A DNA stretch of 64,000 nucleotides from Deltaproteobacteria bacterium (GTDB lineage Bacteria; Myxococcota_A; Polyangia; Fen-1088), in the NCBI GenBank assembly GCA_033763315.1, contig JANRKS010000007.1, positions 391,183-455,182 on the forward strand, in the 5' to 3' direction. The translations under genes were made by a program, and so were the position numbers. Below, piece by piece: positions 8,986 through 18,541 of this stretch; positions within the stretch are counted from its first letter, which is position 1, and every line of letters begins with the position of its first letter. Under the pieces are notes generated by a model. That model did no database searches, was not told the DNA's origin, and saw only the letters and a list, made by a program, of their open reading frames with translations.

Positions 8986-10056
8986 TCACTGCGGTTTACG
9001 CTCGATCAAACCGCGCACGACGTTTTCGATCTGCGATCGGCTCTTCCAGCCCCAGAACGTCTGCGCCGCGTGCCCCTGCTGATCCAAGATCACAAGGTGG
9101 GGCAGATTCACAACCTTGAATTGCTCAGCGACCCGCCCGTCCGCATCCGCCATCAACACAGGATAAGGCGCCGGATTCACCTTGAGGAAGTCTTGCAGCT
9201 CGCTCATCGATAGGTCGATGTTGATGCTCACGACCTCAAAGCCTTTGGCCGCCCACTCTCGATGAACGTCGTGTAGCACCGGTGCCAGCTTTAGGCACGG
9301 CATGCACCAGCTCGCCCAAAAGTCGAGGAGCACGACCTTGCCGCGCAAGCTTTCAAGCGAAAGCTGGCCTCCCGGGCCGTTGGCGCGATCAAGCGTGAAC
9401 GCTGGCACGGCGTCACCTTCACCAAAGGGCCGCACAGCGTGGGCGTTGCGCACCACCCAGGTGGCGTTCACAAACACCGCCACACCCAAAACGAACGCCA
9501 GCGCGGTCACCGCCACGCGCGGCCCAACACCCGGCTCTTTCGCGGGCACAACGGTCGGCCGGCGTCTCACCACGCGCAAAGCAAACCCAAACACCACCAG
9601 CGCCCAAGCCACGCCGGCCGCCTGCCAAAGCTGATGAGCGCGCATCGTGAACGGGCCCAGCAAGGCGTCCAACGCAAGCGTGCGTTGCACCGCCATCACG
9701 GCGAAAAACGGCACGTAACACAGGGCCGCCAGTTCAACATCCTTTGAAGGATCGCGGCGGCCTCGTCCTGCCAGCACAGTTAACAAAACGGCGGCGGGCA
9801 AGATCACCATCGCGCCTTCACGAAACGCGAGCGACGCCAGTTGCAACAACCGGCCTAAAACGTCGGTGATGGGTAGATGCGAAAGCCCCAACACCGCCTC
9901 GGCTAGGTCGCGCAACCAAAAACACGCCACACCCACAAGCGCAAGGTAAATGGCGTCACGCAGGCCACCGCCCGCGGCCTCGGCTTCGGCAAGCGCATAC
10001 GCGGGCGAAGCTAAAACGGCACCGATGCGAGCGGGGAAACGTGGGGGGCTTGCCAT
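8986..10056 (-). CDS. TlpA/ResA-family thiol-disulfide oxidoreductase fused to an N-terminal multi-pass membrane domain
   Basis: LRGKVVLLDFWASWCMPC CxxC motif; about six N-terminal TM helices; ATG at 10056 lies one base after the upstream stop codon. Confidence 0.88.
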   Translation of the reverse strand: MASPPRFPARIGAVLASPAYALAEAEAAGGGLRDAIYLALVGVACFWLRDLAEAVLGLSHLPITDVLGRLLQLASLAFREGAMVILPAAVLLTVLAGRGRRDPSKDVELAALCYVPFFAVMAVQRTLALDALLGPFTMRAHQLWQAAGVAWALVVFGFALRVVRRRPTVVPAKEPGVGPRVAVTALAFVLGVAVFVNATWVVRNAHAVRPFGEGDAVPAFTLDRANGPGGQLSLESLRGKVVLLDFWASWCMPCLKLAPVLHDVHREWAAKGFEVVSINIDLSMSELQDFLKVNPAPYPVLMADADGRVAEQFKVVNLPHLVILDQQGHAAQTFWGWKSRSQIENVVRGLIERKPQ

Positions 10057-10057
10057 A

Positions 10058-11302
10058 TTATTTCTGGGGCGCGCCAACCATGCGGCGGGCTGTCACCGTA
10101 AGCGCCGCGGGAACGTTCTTTGATTTGGCCACTTTCTTGATGTCTTGCTTCGACAACGTGGGCAAAAACCGCATCGCCAACGTCAACGGACACTTCGGGT
10201 TGTTCACCAGGTTCCAGCGAATGGCATACACAGCCGTAAAGTCGCGGCTGCCCGCGATGTGGCGAATGACGTCTTCGTGCACAGACTTGTTGGCGGCTGC
10301 GGCGATCACTTCAGAATCCGTGATCATAGGTGATTTGATCACCGCCATCGCCACCAGCCGGTTCGCATCGCGAATTAGGTTTGTGCGGCAATAAGCGTTG
10401 CCGATCGTTGCCATGCGCACCTTTTCGTAGATTCTCAGCTTCGAAAAGTCGATCACGCCGGCGCGCTTCTTTTCGCCCTTTTCAACTTTGCTCTTCTCGG
10501 GTGCCACCTTCACGGGCGCGGCGGCCTCCGGCTGTGCCTCGGCTTCGTCTAACGCTGGGGCGTCTCCCAAAGTGTCGGCCTCTTCGTCAAATTCATTGAC
10601 AGCGTCTTCTTCACTTGGTGGCGGTAGAAGGGAGGCAGCGTCGTCGGGCTCCGAAGCCACTTCTGCCAGCGCCGCGAACGAAGCGTCGGCGGTGGCGCTC
10701 AGCGCTTCAGGCGTTTGCCGTATCTCCGCCACGATCTCGTCGAAGCCGGGCACATCCACGGCCACGTTGTTGCGCGCACACAACTCAAGCGCGCGGTTCA
10801 CTGAAGACATGCGCGCGGCCTTGTTGCCGAACAACGCCTTAACGATGGCCGGCGCCCGTAGTAGACGTGTTTCGTTGGCGAAAATGATCTCGACCAAGCG
10901 CTCGGGCAGCCGAGCGGCCAACACGGCAAACGTCGCGTCGTGCGTCTGGGCGTTGTAGAGCAACGTTTCAACCGCCGCCACGCGGTGATCCGGCAAACGC
11001 GTGCCAAAGAAATGCAGCACGCTTGCTGGCAAAGGCTCTTTAAGCAGCGTCAACAACACCGGATCCGGCAACGACGAAGGCGCTGCATCGGCTGCACCTG
11101 AAACGCTGGCATCGCCATCGAAAGACAGTTGATAGATAGCTACGGCCAGCTCGGCCGGCTTGAACGGCGCAATGCCTCGCGCCGCCATCGTTTTCATGGG
11201 TACGCCCGCCGAGATCAGCTTTGCCACACTTGGTGGCAACTGTTCCGGTGGCAGCGGTGCCTTCAGATCGCTTGGGATCAGATTAGCTTCGGTTTCTCTC
11301 AT
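10058..11302 (-). CDS. Conserved hypothetical helical-repeat protein of a type common in deltaproteobacteria
   Basis: C-terminal EKVRMATIGN..LIRDANRLVAMAVIKSPMITDSEV..LVNNPKCPL segment; acidic linker; overlaps the 3' end of coaX. Confidence 0.75.
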   Translation of the reverse strand: MRETEANLIPSDLKAPLPPEQLPPSVAKLISAGVPMKTMAARGIAPFKPAELAVAIYQLSFDGDASVSGAADAAPSSLPDPVLLTLLKEPLPASVLHFFGTRLPDHRVAAVETLLYNAQTHDATFAVLAARLPERLVEIIFANETRLLRAPAIVKALFGNKAARMSSVNRALELCARNNVAVDVPGFDEIVAEIRQTPEALSATADASFAALAEVASEPDDAASLLPPPSEEDAVNEFDEEADTLGDAPALDEAEAQPEAAAPVKVAPEKSKVEKGEKKRAGVIDFSKLRIYEKVRMATIGNAYCRTNLIRDANRLVAMAVIKSPMITDSEVIAAAANKSVHEDVIRHIAGSRDFTAVYAIRWNLVNNPKCPLTLAMRFLPTLSKQDIKKVAKSKNVPAALTVTARRMVGAPQK

Positions 11303-12050
11303 GAATGATCCGCAACCCTGTCAGCGTCAGAAATTCGTCGTGGTCTTGAATCGTTGTTGATTCCGCAGTGACGATGGCCCCCAGACCGCCGGTGGCCACC
11401 ACCTTGGGCTCGAAATCTATTTCGGTCCGAATGCGCGTCACTAAAGCATCAACCATACCGGCGTAGCCGAACACCAAACCGGACTGGATGCTGGCCACCG
11501 TGTTCTTACCGATGGCGGTGCGTGGCCGCACAATCTCAACGCGCGGCAATTTGGCCGTGGCACGAAACAACCCCTCGGCCGCTGTGACCAAGCCGGGCGC
11601 GATGATGCCACCAGCGTATTCACCCTTGGGCGTCACCACATCAAAGGTGGTGGCCGTGCCAAAATCCACCACGATTGCGCCCGCGTGGTAACGGTCGAAC
11701 GCCGCCACGGCATTCACGATGCGATCGGCCCCCACCTCACGGGGGTTGTCGTAAAGCACAGGCATGCCCGTCTTGATGCCCGGTCCCACCACCAAAGCGG
11801 GGTTACGCACGTGTTTGGCGAACAAGCGCTCCACGGCATCGGTGGCCGGGGGCACAACGGACGATATAATGCCCGACGTGATGTCGCCCAGCCCACTGCC
11901 TTCCAGCTGCAACAGCCCGTGTAGCAGTGCGCCCAATTCATCCGCGGTTCGGCCCACACGCGTTTCCACGCGGAAATGCCGGCGCAAACTGGCGCCTTCA
12001 AAAAGCCCGAAAACGGTGTGTGAGTTGCCGATGTCTACGGCCAGCAGCAT
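11283..12050 (-). CDS. coaX: Type III pantothenate kinase
   Basis: LLAVDIGNS, EVGADRIVN, VDFGTATTFD, GGIIAPG and ATGG motifs. Confidence 0.97.
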   Translation of the reverse strand: MLLAVDIGNSHTVFGLFEGASLRRHFRVETRVGRTADELGALLHGLLQLEGSGLGDITSGIISSVVPPATDAVERLFAKHVRNPALVVGPGIKTGMPVLYDNPREVGADRIVNAVAAFDRYHAGAIVVDFGTATTFDVVTPKGEYAGGIIAPGLVTAAEGLFRATAKLPRVEIVRPRTAIGKNTVASIQSGLVFGYAGMVDALVTRIRTEIDFEPKVVATGGLGAIVTAESTTIQDHDEFLTLTGLRIIHERNRS

Positions 12051-13341
12051 GGGTCGCTCATTCTACCCGATTGCTGCACGTGCGCTCGCCATGGCGCTGC
12101 TCTTGGTGGCGTGTAAGAAAAAGCCCATTGCCGATGTGCCCGATGAACATGGGCGGCTGAACCTCATCTCGGCGAACCTCGAAAAGGCCTTCGGCACACG
12201 CGCTTTGCCACCTGTGGACGAAAGCCCCAGCTTCGCGGCTCGTTTGCGCGCTTGGGTTGATTTTCGTGATTGTGCCATCCGCACCTACGTCGCGCGCCGG
12301 CGTGCCAGCGATGCCGCCCGCGAACATGGTGCCGATCGCCCCACATACCACGCCAGCGTGGGAGACGAGACAGTGGAGGAATGCGCGGTACAAGCGGCTG
12401 TGGAAAAAGACGATGCCTCGTTCTGCGAGCGGCTTGCCATCGACTTTAAACGCCAAGATGGGTTGCCCCCGATGCCGGCCATGCGTTGCTGGGACACGCG
12501 CGCCCGTGTTTTGGGGCACCCGGCAGAATGTCCTTTGCAGTGGTTAACCACCGGCGTGGTGGGGCGCAACGCCGAATGTTTGGCGATGGCCGCGCGCGAC
12601 GCCAGCTTCTGCGTGTTTGCCCCCTCAGAAGCGCGTTGCCGCGCGCTTGTGACGGGTGACGCGGATCAATGCCACGGCGCCCCACTCGACTGCCGCGCCG
12701 CCGTGGCCTATTGGGAAGGCCTCGTGCCCGCACGGCAAGGCCAAGCCGCGTTTGCGGCGCCTGCCCTCACGTTGGCTGCGCCCAACGCGCCGAACAAACC
12801 TGGTGACGTCCCGGGCCTGAAGTTTCACCTGGCCTTTCTTGCCGATCAAAACCGTGCGGACCGCGTGCAGGTGCAAGCGCCCCTTGATGCCCTCGGCATT
12901 GATTGGCCCGCGCAAACCAATGCAAACACGATGAGGCCTGCAGGCCTGCCACCGGGCAGTGCGCTGTGGGGGGTGGACATCAACCAATTGTTCTCGCCCG
13001 AGGTCACACCCAAGATGGCCGAGGTCGCGTTTGTGTCTGAGCGCGTGTCGATGCGGTTCGCCTTCACGCCGGCGGGCTTACCCAGTGGCTCCTTGCCGCT
13101 CGGCCCACCGGGGCCGGCTGCAGCAGCCACGTTGTTCGTGGCGCTCAAAGACTCCCGCGGCAAGCGGCTTATTTGCCAACCCGGATTCGAGACGAAAGGA
13201 ACCGTCACGTTCAAAACCGAAGGCCAAAGCGCGGGCGGCTTCGTGACCGGCCACATCGACGCGCAAGCCTTCCCGTGCGACGATGGCACCACAGCCCACC
13301 TGCAGGGCGATTTTCGCTTGGCCATCTTAAGCACCCGCTAG
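12049..13341 (+). CDS. Hypothetical Cys-rich lipoprotein
   Basis: Lipobox LLVAC followed by KKK; many paired Cys. The start is ATG 12049 or 12091; the ORF-track extension to 11764 is antisense to coaX. Confidence 0.7.
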   Translation: MGRSFYPIAARALAMALLLVACKKKPIADVPDEHGRLNLISANLEKAFGTRALPPVDESPSFAARLRAWVDFRDCAIRTYVARRRASDAAREHGADRPTYHASVGDETVEECAVQAAVEKDDASFCERLAIDFKRQDGLPPMPAMRCWDTRARVLGHPAECPLQWLTTGVVGRNAECLAMAARDASFCVFAPSEARCRALVTGDADQCHGAPLDCRAAVAYWEGLVPARQGQAAFAAPALTLAAPNAPNKPGDVPGLKFHLAFLADQNRADRVQVQAPLDALGIDWPAQTNANTMRPAGLPPGSALWGVDINQLFSPEVTPKMAEVAFVSERVSMRFAFTPAGLPSGSLPLGPPGPAAAATLFVALKDSRGKRLICQPGFETKGTVTFKTEGQSAGGFVTGHIDAQAFPCDDGTTAHLQGDFRLAILSTR

Positions 13342-13344
13342 TTT

Positions 13345-15081
13345 GTGATGACTGATCCTGCCGCGCCCCACGCCACCGCTGATGTCTCTAACGAGACTGG
13401 CGTAATGTCATCGGGCCCCGAGCTTGGCCGGCGCGCAGGTGATCGATTGGCAAACCACCGCGTGGGCTCACACACGCGCCGCCGTTTGGGCCTGTTTGCC
13501 AGCGCGGGCATTCTCGCCGCCGCAGCGCTGACGTTCTTCGGTTTGTTCTGGGTGATCGATCTTGCCATTCAACAACACGAGAGCGCATTTTCGCCAGCCG
13601 GCTTCGGCGTGTTCTTTCACTTCGACATCGAAACCCTGCAAAACACGTTGGGCAGCCTCGCCCAGATCATTGTGGCGGTGTTGGGCATCGCGATCACAGT
13701 GGTTTCGATCGTCGTGCAGTTGGCTGCCACCCGCTATTCATCTCACATTGCCAACCTGTTCTTCCGCGATCGCACGAACCTCGCGATCATGGGATTCTTT
13801 GTGGTCGCGTGCATTGACGTTGTGTGGGTGAGCCTGGGCGTGCACACCGATTTCATGCCGCTGGCTTCCGTGGTGGCGTCGCTGGTGGTGCTCACTGGCA
13901 GCTTGTTGATGTTGATCCCCTACTTCGCCTACGTGTTCGACTTTCTGGATCCCGCGCGCGTCATCGCACAGATCGGACAAAGCACTTTGGACGCCGCCAT
14001 CAAGCGCCGCCCTTCACAAGGCAAAAGCGTCACGGCCCGTCACGATGTGGCTGCCACCAGCTTGGAACGATTGGCGGACGTGGCGGTGAACTCTGTGGCA
14101 CAAAAAGATAAGGTCATCGCCTCGCAGGCCGTGGCCACCTTACGCGACGTTTTGGTGAGTTATCTTCGGGAAAAACCGCGGCTGCCAAACAAATGGTTCA
14201 AGGTGGGCGAGCGCCTTCGGCAAGACGCCGACTTTGCCGTGATGGCCCCCGAATCGATTCTGCAGATCGAAGAAGATCAAACGTGGTTTGAATGGAAAGG
14301 CCTGCGGCAACTGCGCCTGGTGTTCGCCGAATCACTCAAGTCTTTGCCCGAAGTGGCTCATGGCGTGGCGGTGGCCACTCGACGCATCGGGGAGGCGGCC
14401 GTGGCCATCAACGATCGCAAAGCGATCGCGGCGGCGATTAAATTCTTCAATACGTACCTGCGAACCGCGTTGAACGCCAGCGACGTGCGTTCGGCTTACA
14501 ACGTCCTAAACGAATACCGCCACATGACCGAAGAGATCATGCACAGCGGGATGGATGGTCTCACGCTGCAGATCGCCCAACACTTCAAGTACTACGGACA
14601 GATCGCGCATGCGATGGGCCTTGGCTTTGTGACCGAAACCGCAGCGTATGATTTGTCAGTGCTTTGCGAAAAGGCGTTCGCGCAAAAGGCGCTCTGCCAC
14701 GCTGATTTGCTGCAGGTGTTCTTGGAGGTCGATAAAGAAGCCGAGACGCTGGCCGAAGAAAAAGCGCTGCGCGGCGTTCGCAAGGCCCAAGTGCGGTTGG
14801 CCACCTATTACATGGTGAACAACGAAGAAGCCCTGGCCCGCACCATCTTCGAAGACATGCGCGCCGAGACCCCACTGCGTCTCACCTCCATCCGCGCCGA
14901 ACTTGAAGCCGTTGACGCCAAGGACTTCTGGGAGGTCACCGACCGCGGCATCAACTTCGACTACTTGGACCCCCGCCGCAAAGCCCAACTCGACGCCTTC
15001 TTCGCCTGGTTCGGCGACCTGCCTCGCAAGGTCACCAGGCTGACCCCCGCACCCGGCGAGCCCAACCCGCCAATCTTGTAA
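13345..15081 (+). CDS. DUF2254-like membrane protein
   Basis: AVLGIAITVVSIVVQLAATRYS TM motif, then a soluble helical C-terminal region. Confidence 0.75.
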   Translation: MMTDPAAPHATADVSNETGVMSSGPELGRRAGDRLANHRVGSHTRRRLGLFASAGILAAAALTFFGLFWVIDLAIQQHESAFSPAGFGVFFHFDIETLQNTLGSLAQIIVAVLGIAITVVSIVVQLAATRYSSHIANLFFRDRTNLAIMGFFVVACIDVVWVSLGVHTDFMPLASVVASLVVLTGSLLMLIPYFAYVFDFLDPARVIAQIGQSTLDAAIKRRPSQGKSVTARHDVAATSLERLADVAVNSVAQKDKVIASQAVATLRDVLVSYLREKPRLPNKWFKVGERLRQDADFAVMAPESILQIEEDQTWFEWKGLRQLRLVFAESLKSLPEVAHGVAVATRRIGEAAVAINDRKAIAAAIKFFNTYLRTALNASDVRSAYNVLNEYRHMTEEIMHSGMDGLTLQIAQHFKYYGQIAHAMGLGFVTETAAYDLSVLCEKAFAQKALCHADLLQVFLEVDKEAETLAEEKALRGVRKAQVRLATYYMVNNEEALARTIFEDMRAETPLRLTSIRAELEAVDAKDFWEVTDRGINFDYLDPRRKAQLDAFFAWFGDLPRKVTRLTPAPGEPNPPIL

Positions 15082-15083
15082 AT

Positions 15084-15102
15084 ATTACTTTTGGAAAGTA
15101 AT
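15084..15102. promoter_or_regulatory. AT-rich perfect inverted repeat, candidate transcription-factor site
   Basis: ATTACTTT-TGG-AAAGTAAT in the intergenic region upstream of the HD-GYP gene. Confidence 0.5.
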
Positions 15103-15257
15103 TTCTCCGCGCCTGCCCCCTCGGTTGGCCGCAGGCATGCCTGGCGTGGAAAAAGCCGGCCTTTCTTATCCTGACGCGCCGCTACGCACAGAACTTTCGA
15201 CTAAGATTCAGTGGTTCGCCCCCACCTGCCGATTTGATCCCTGCCCGCCCGCCCAAC

Positions 15258-16898
<1,641 letters not shown>

Positions 16899-16943
16899 AA
16901 AAAGCAAAACCCCAGCCGGCCGAAGTGGCGAGCTGGGGTTTGG
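16899..16943. terminator. Intrinsic terminator between convergent genes
   Basis: Stem AAACCCCAGC (16907-16916) / GCTGGGGTTT (16932-16941); the A-run on the left gives a U-tail on the minus strand. Confidence 0.75.
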
Positions 16944-16973
16944 GTGTAAAGCGCCGCGGGGGCGCTCACAGCG

Positions 16974-18374
16974 TTACATCGCGCAGGTGATGTCCTTGAA
17001 GATCCAGCGGAGTTGGTGGGCGAGAGCGACGCCGCCCCAGGTGTTCGGATCATGACCACCGCCCGTGATCACAAAAAGCTGGTAAGGCATTCCTTTTGTC
17101 TTCATGGCGTTGGCCACCGCCCTGTTTTCAGTCAGCCAAGTGGCCTTGCAGGCCGACGCATCTATGGCTCCCGGACCGGTAGGAACTTGTCCATTAGGTT
17201 TCGGGCAATCTGTCGCGGCTCTTTCCGCGACCGTTCCGTAGATGTCGCAAGTGCCAACGGTTCCCGTCCAGCGAATGGAACGAGCAGGGCAGAAGGCAAT
17301 CTCCTTGCTGTAGGCATCATTCTTGGGGGTGCAGCCTGGCTCTAGCGTGGGGCAGGATCCAAGACCGCCATGACATCCGAAACAAACCAAGCTCGGGCTG
17401 CCGCCAATGCCCTTCGAGATGATGTCGGTACCCATCCAGATGGTATCGAAAGAGTTCGTTCCAGCAGTGCTTTGACCGGCAATCGAGCGATATGCTGGGT
17501 CGTTCGAGATCTTCGAGAAACGGGCCTTGAGCGCTGGGAGCACTTTCTCCTTTAGCGACTTTATCCTATCGATCGGACCAAGATCGTCGTTAAGAAAGAC
17601 CGCGATCGTGTAGGGGATCTGCTTCTGCGCAACGAGATACTCATGAATGTTTTCAATGTGATAGGTGCTCGAGTTTTGGCCTGAATTGGCGAATAAACTC
17701 GTCCAGAACGTGATTGCTACTTTTCCGTTTTCTGCGCCTTTGTAACCTGCGTCATTATTTTCGCCGCCGGGAAGGTACACACGACCAACGTTGGCCACTG
17801 TAACGTTCGTGCCAGTTGCAGGCTGATTCCATGCCGTGTCGTCCAGCCTGCCTTGACCAACGGTGAAAATGCCGTCCTGGTTGTACATCTGACCGCAGAA
17901 CCCGTCGCTCTTCAGCGCCTTTGACATGTATACCGGGGTGCCCGCCGGACCGCATTGATGCTGGTCGGGGTGGTCAGGCCGATAGATGCACGTAGGCTCA
18001 GTAAAAATTGTCATCTCGTTAACTGACATGCCGCCACTGCCACCCATAGCGGCTCCCCCTGAACCACCATTCCCAGATCCGCCAGCCCCACCGGAGCCTC
18101 CCGGCGCGGCGCCTCCTGAACCTCCGGTGCTGGATCCGCCTTTGCCGCCGGACGATGAGCCGCCCCCCTTGCCACCGCTGGACGTTCCTCCCTTGCCGCC
18201 GGAGCTTGTTGAGTCGCCACCACCACCACCCGAATCGCTACCGCCTTGGTCACCACCACCTCCACCACCTCCTCCTCCACCGCCACCACAACTCTGGCAG
18301 ACAACCGCGACAGCCGCGGCTGCAGCAAAACCAAACAACGTGAACTGCAGCTTGGTGAGACGGGCTACGCGCAT
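16974..18374 (-). CDS. Lipoprotein with Gly/Ser linker and alpha/beta-hydrolase (Fes-like esterase) domain
   Basis: Signal ending VCQSC; long Gly/Ser linker; VYLPG..., ISNDPAYRSIAGQSTAG nucleophile elbow; GGGH catalytic His; GGAGG SD. Confidence 0.75.
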   Translation of the reverse strand: MRVARLTKLQFTLFGFAAAAAVAVVCQSCGGGGGGGGGGGGDQGGSDSGGGGGDSTSSGGKGGTSSGGKGGGSSSGGKGGSSTGGSGGAAPGGSGGAGGSGNGGSGGAAMGGSGGMSVNEMTIFTEPTCIYRPDHPDQHQCGPAGTPVYMSKALKSDGFCGQMYNQDGIFTVGQGRLDDTAWNQPATGTNVTVANVGRVYLPGGENNDAGYKGAENGKVAITFWTSLFANSGQNSSTYHIENIHEYLVAQKQIPYTIAVFLNDDLGPIDRIKSLKEKVLPALKARFSKISNDPAYRSIAGQSTAGTNSFDTIWMGTDIISKGIGGSPSLVCFGCHGGLGSCPTLEPGCTPKNDAYSKEIAFCPARSIRWTGTVGTCDIYGTVAERAATDCPKPNGQVPTGPGAIDASACKATWLTENRAVANAMKTKGMPYQLFVITGGGHDPNTWGGVALAHQLRWIFKDITCAM

Positions 18375-18541
18375 GAGAACTTCCTCCAGATAGGTTCGGG
18401 AACTACGACCTAAAGGTCAGCCAACTCGACAATTCGCACAGTCTCGATTAGGCATGACCCAGTAAATTATAACTAGGTACGGTGCCAGAATGGACGCGAG
18501 CCTTCAAGTAAAAGCCAGCGTCCGTTGGGACCCCACGCACC

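Noticed and set aside
11764-12048. N-terminal 95-aa extension of the 525-aa plus-strand ORF
   Set aside because: It lies entirely antisense to coaX; the lipoprotein signal begins at or after 12049.
18030-18290. (CCA/CCT/CCG)n low-complexity tracts here and near 20580-20680 and 26230-26530, considered as CRISPR or contingency repeats
   Set aside because: They encode in-frame poly-Gly/Ser linkers; there is no repeat-spacer structure and no cas gene.
16974-18374. Third pseudoenzyme candidate
   Set aside because: It retains Ser in the GQSTAG elbow and a GGGH His, so it is probably an active esterase.
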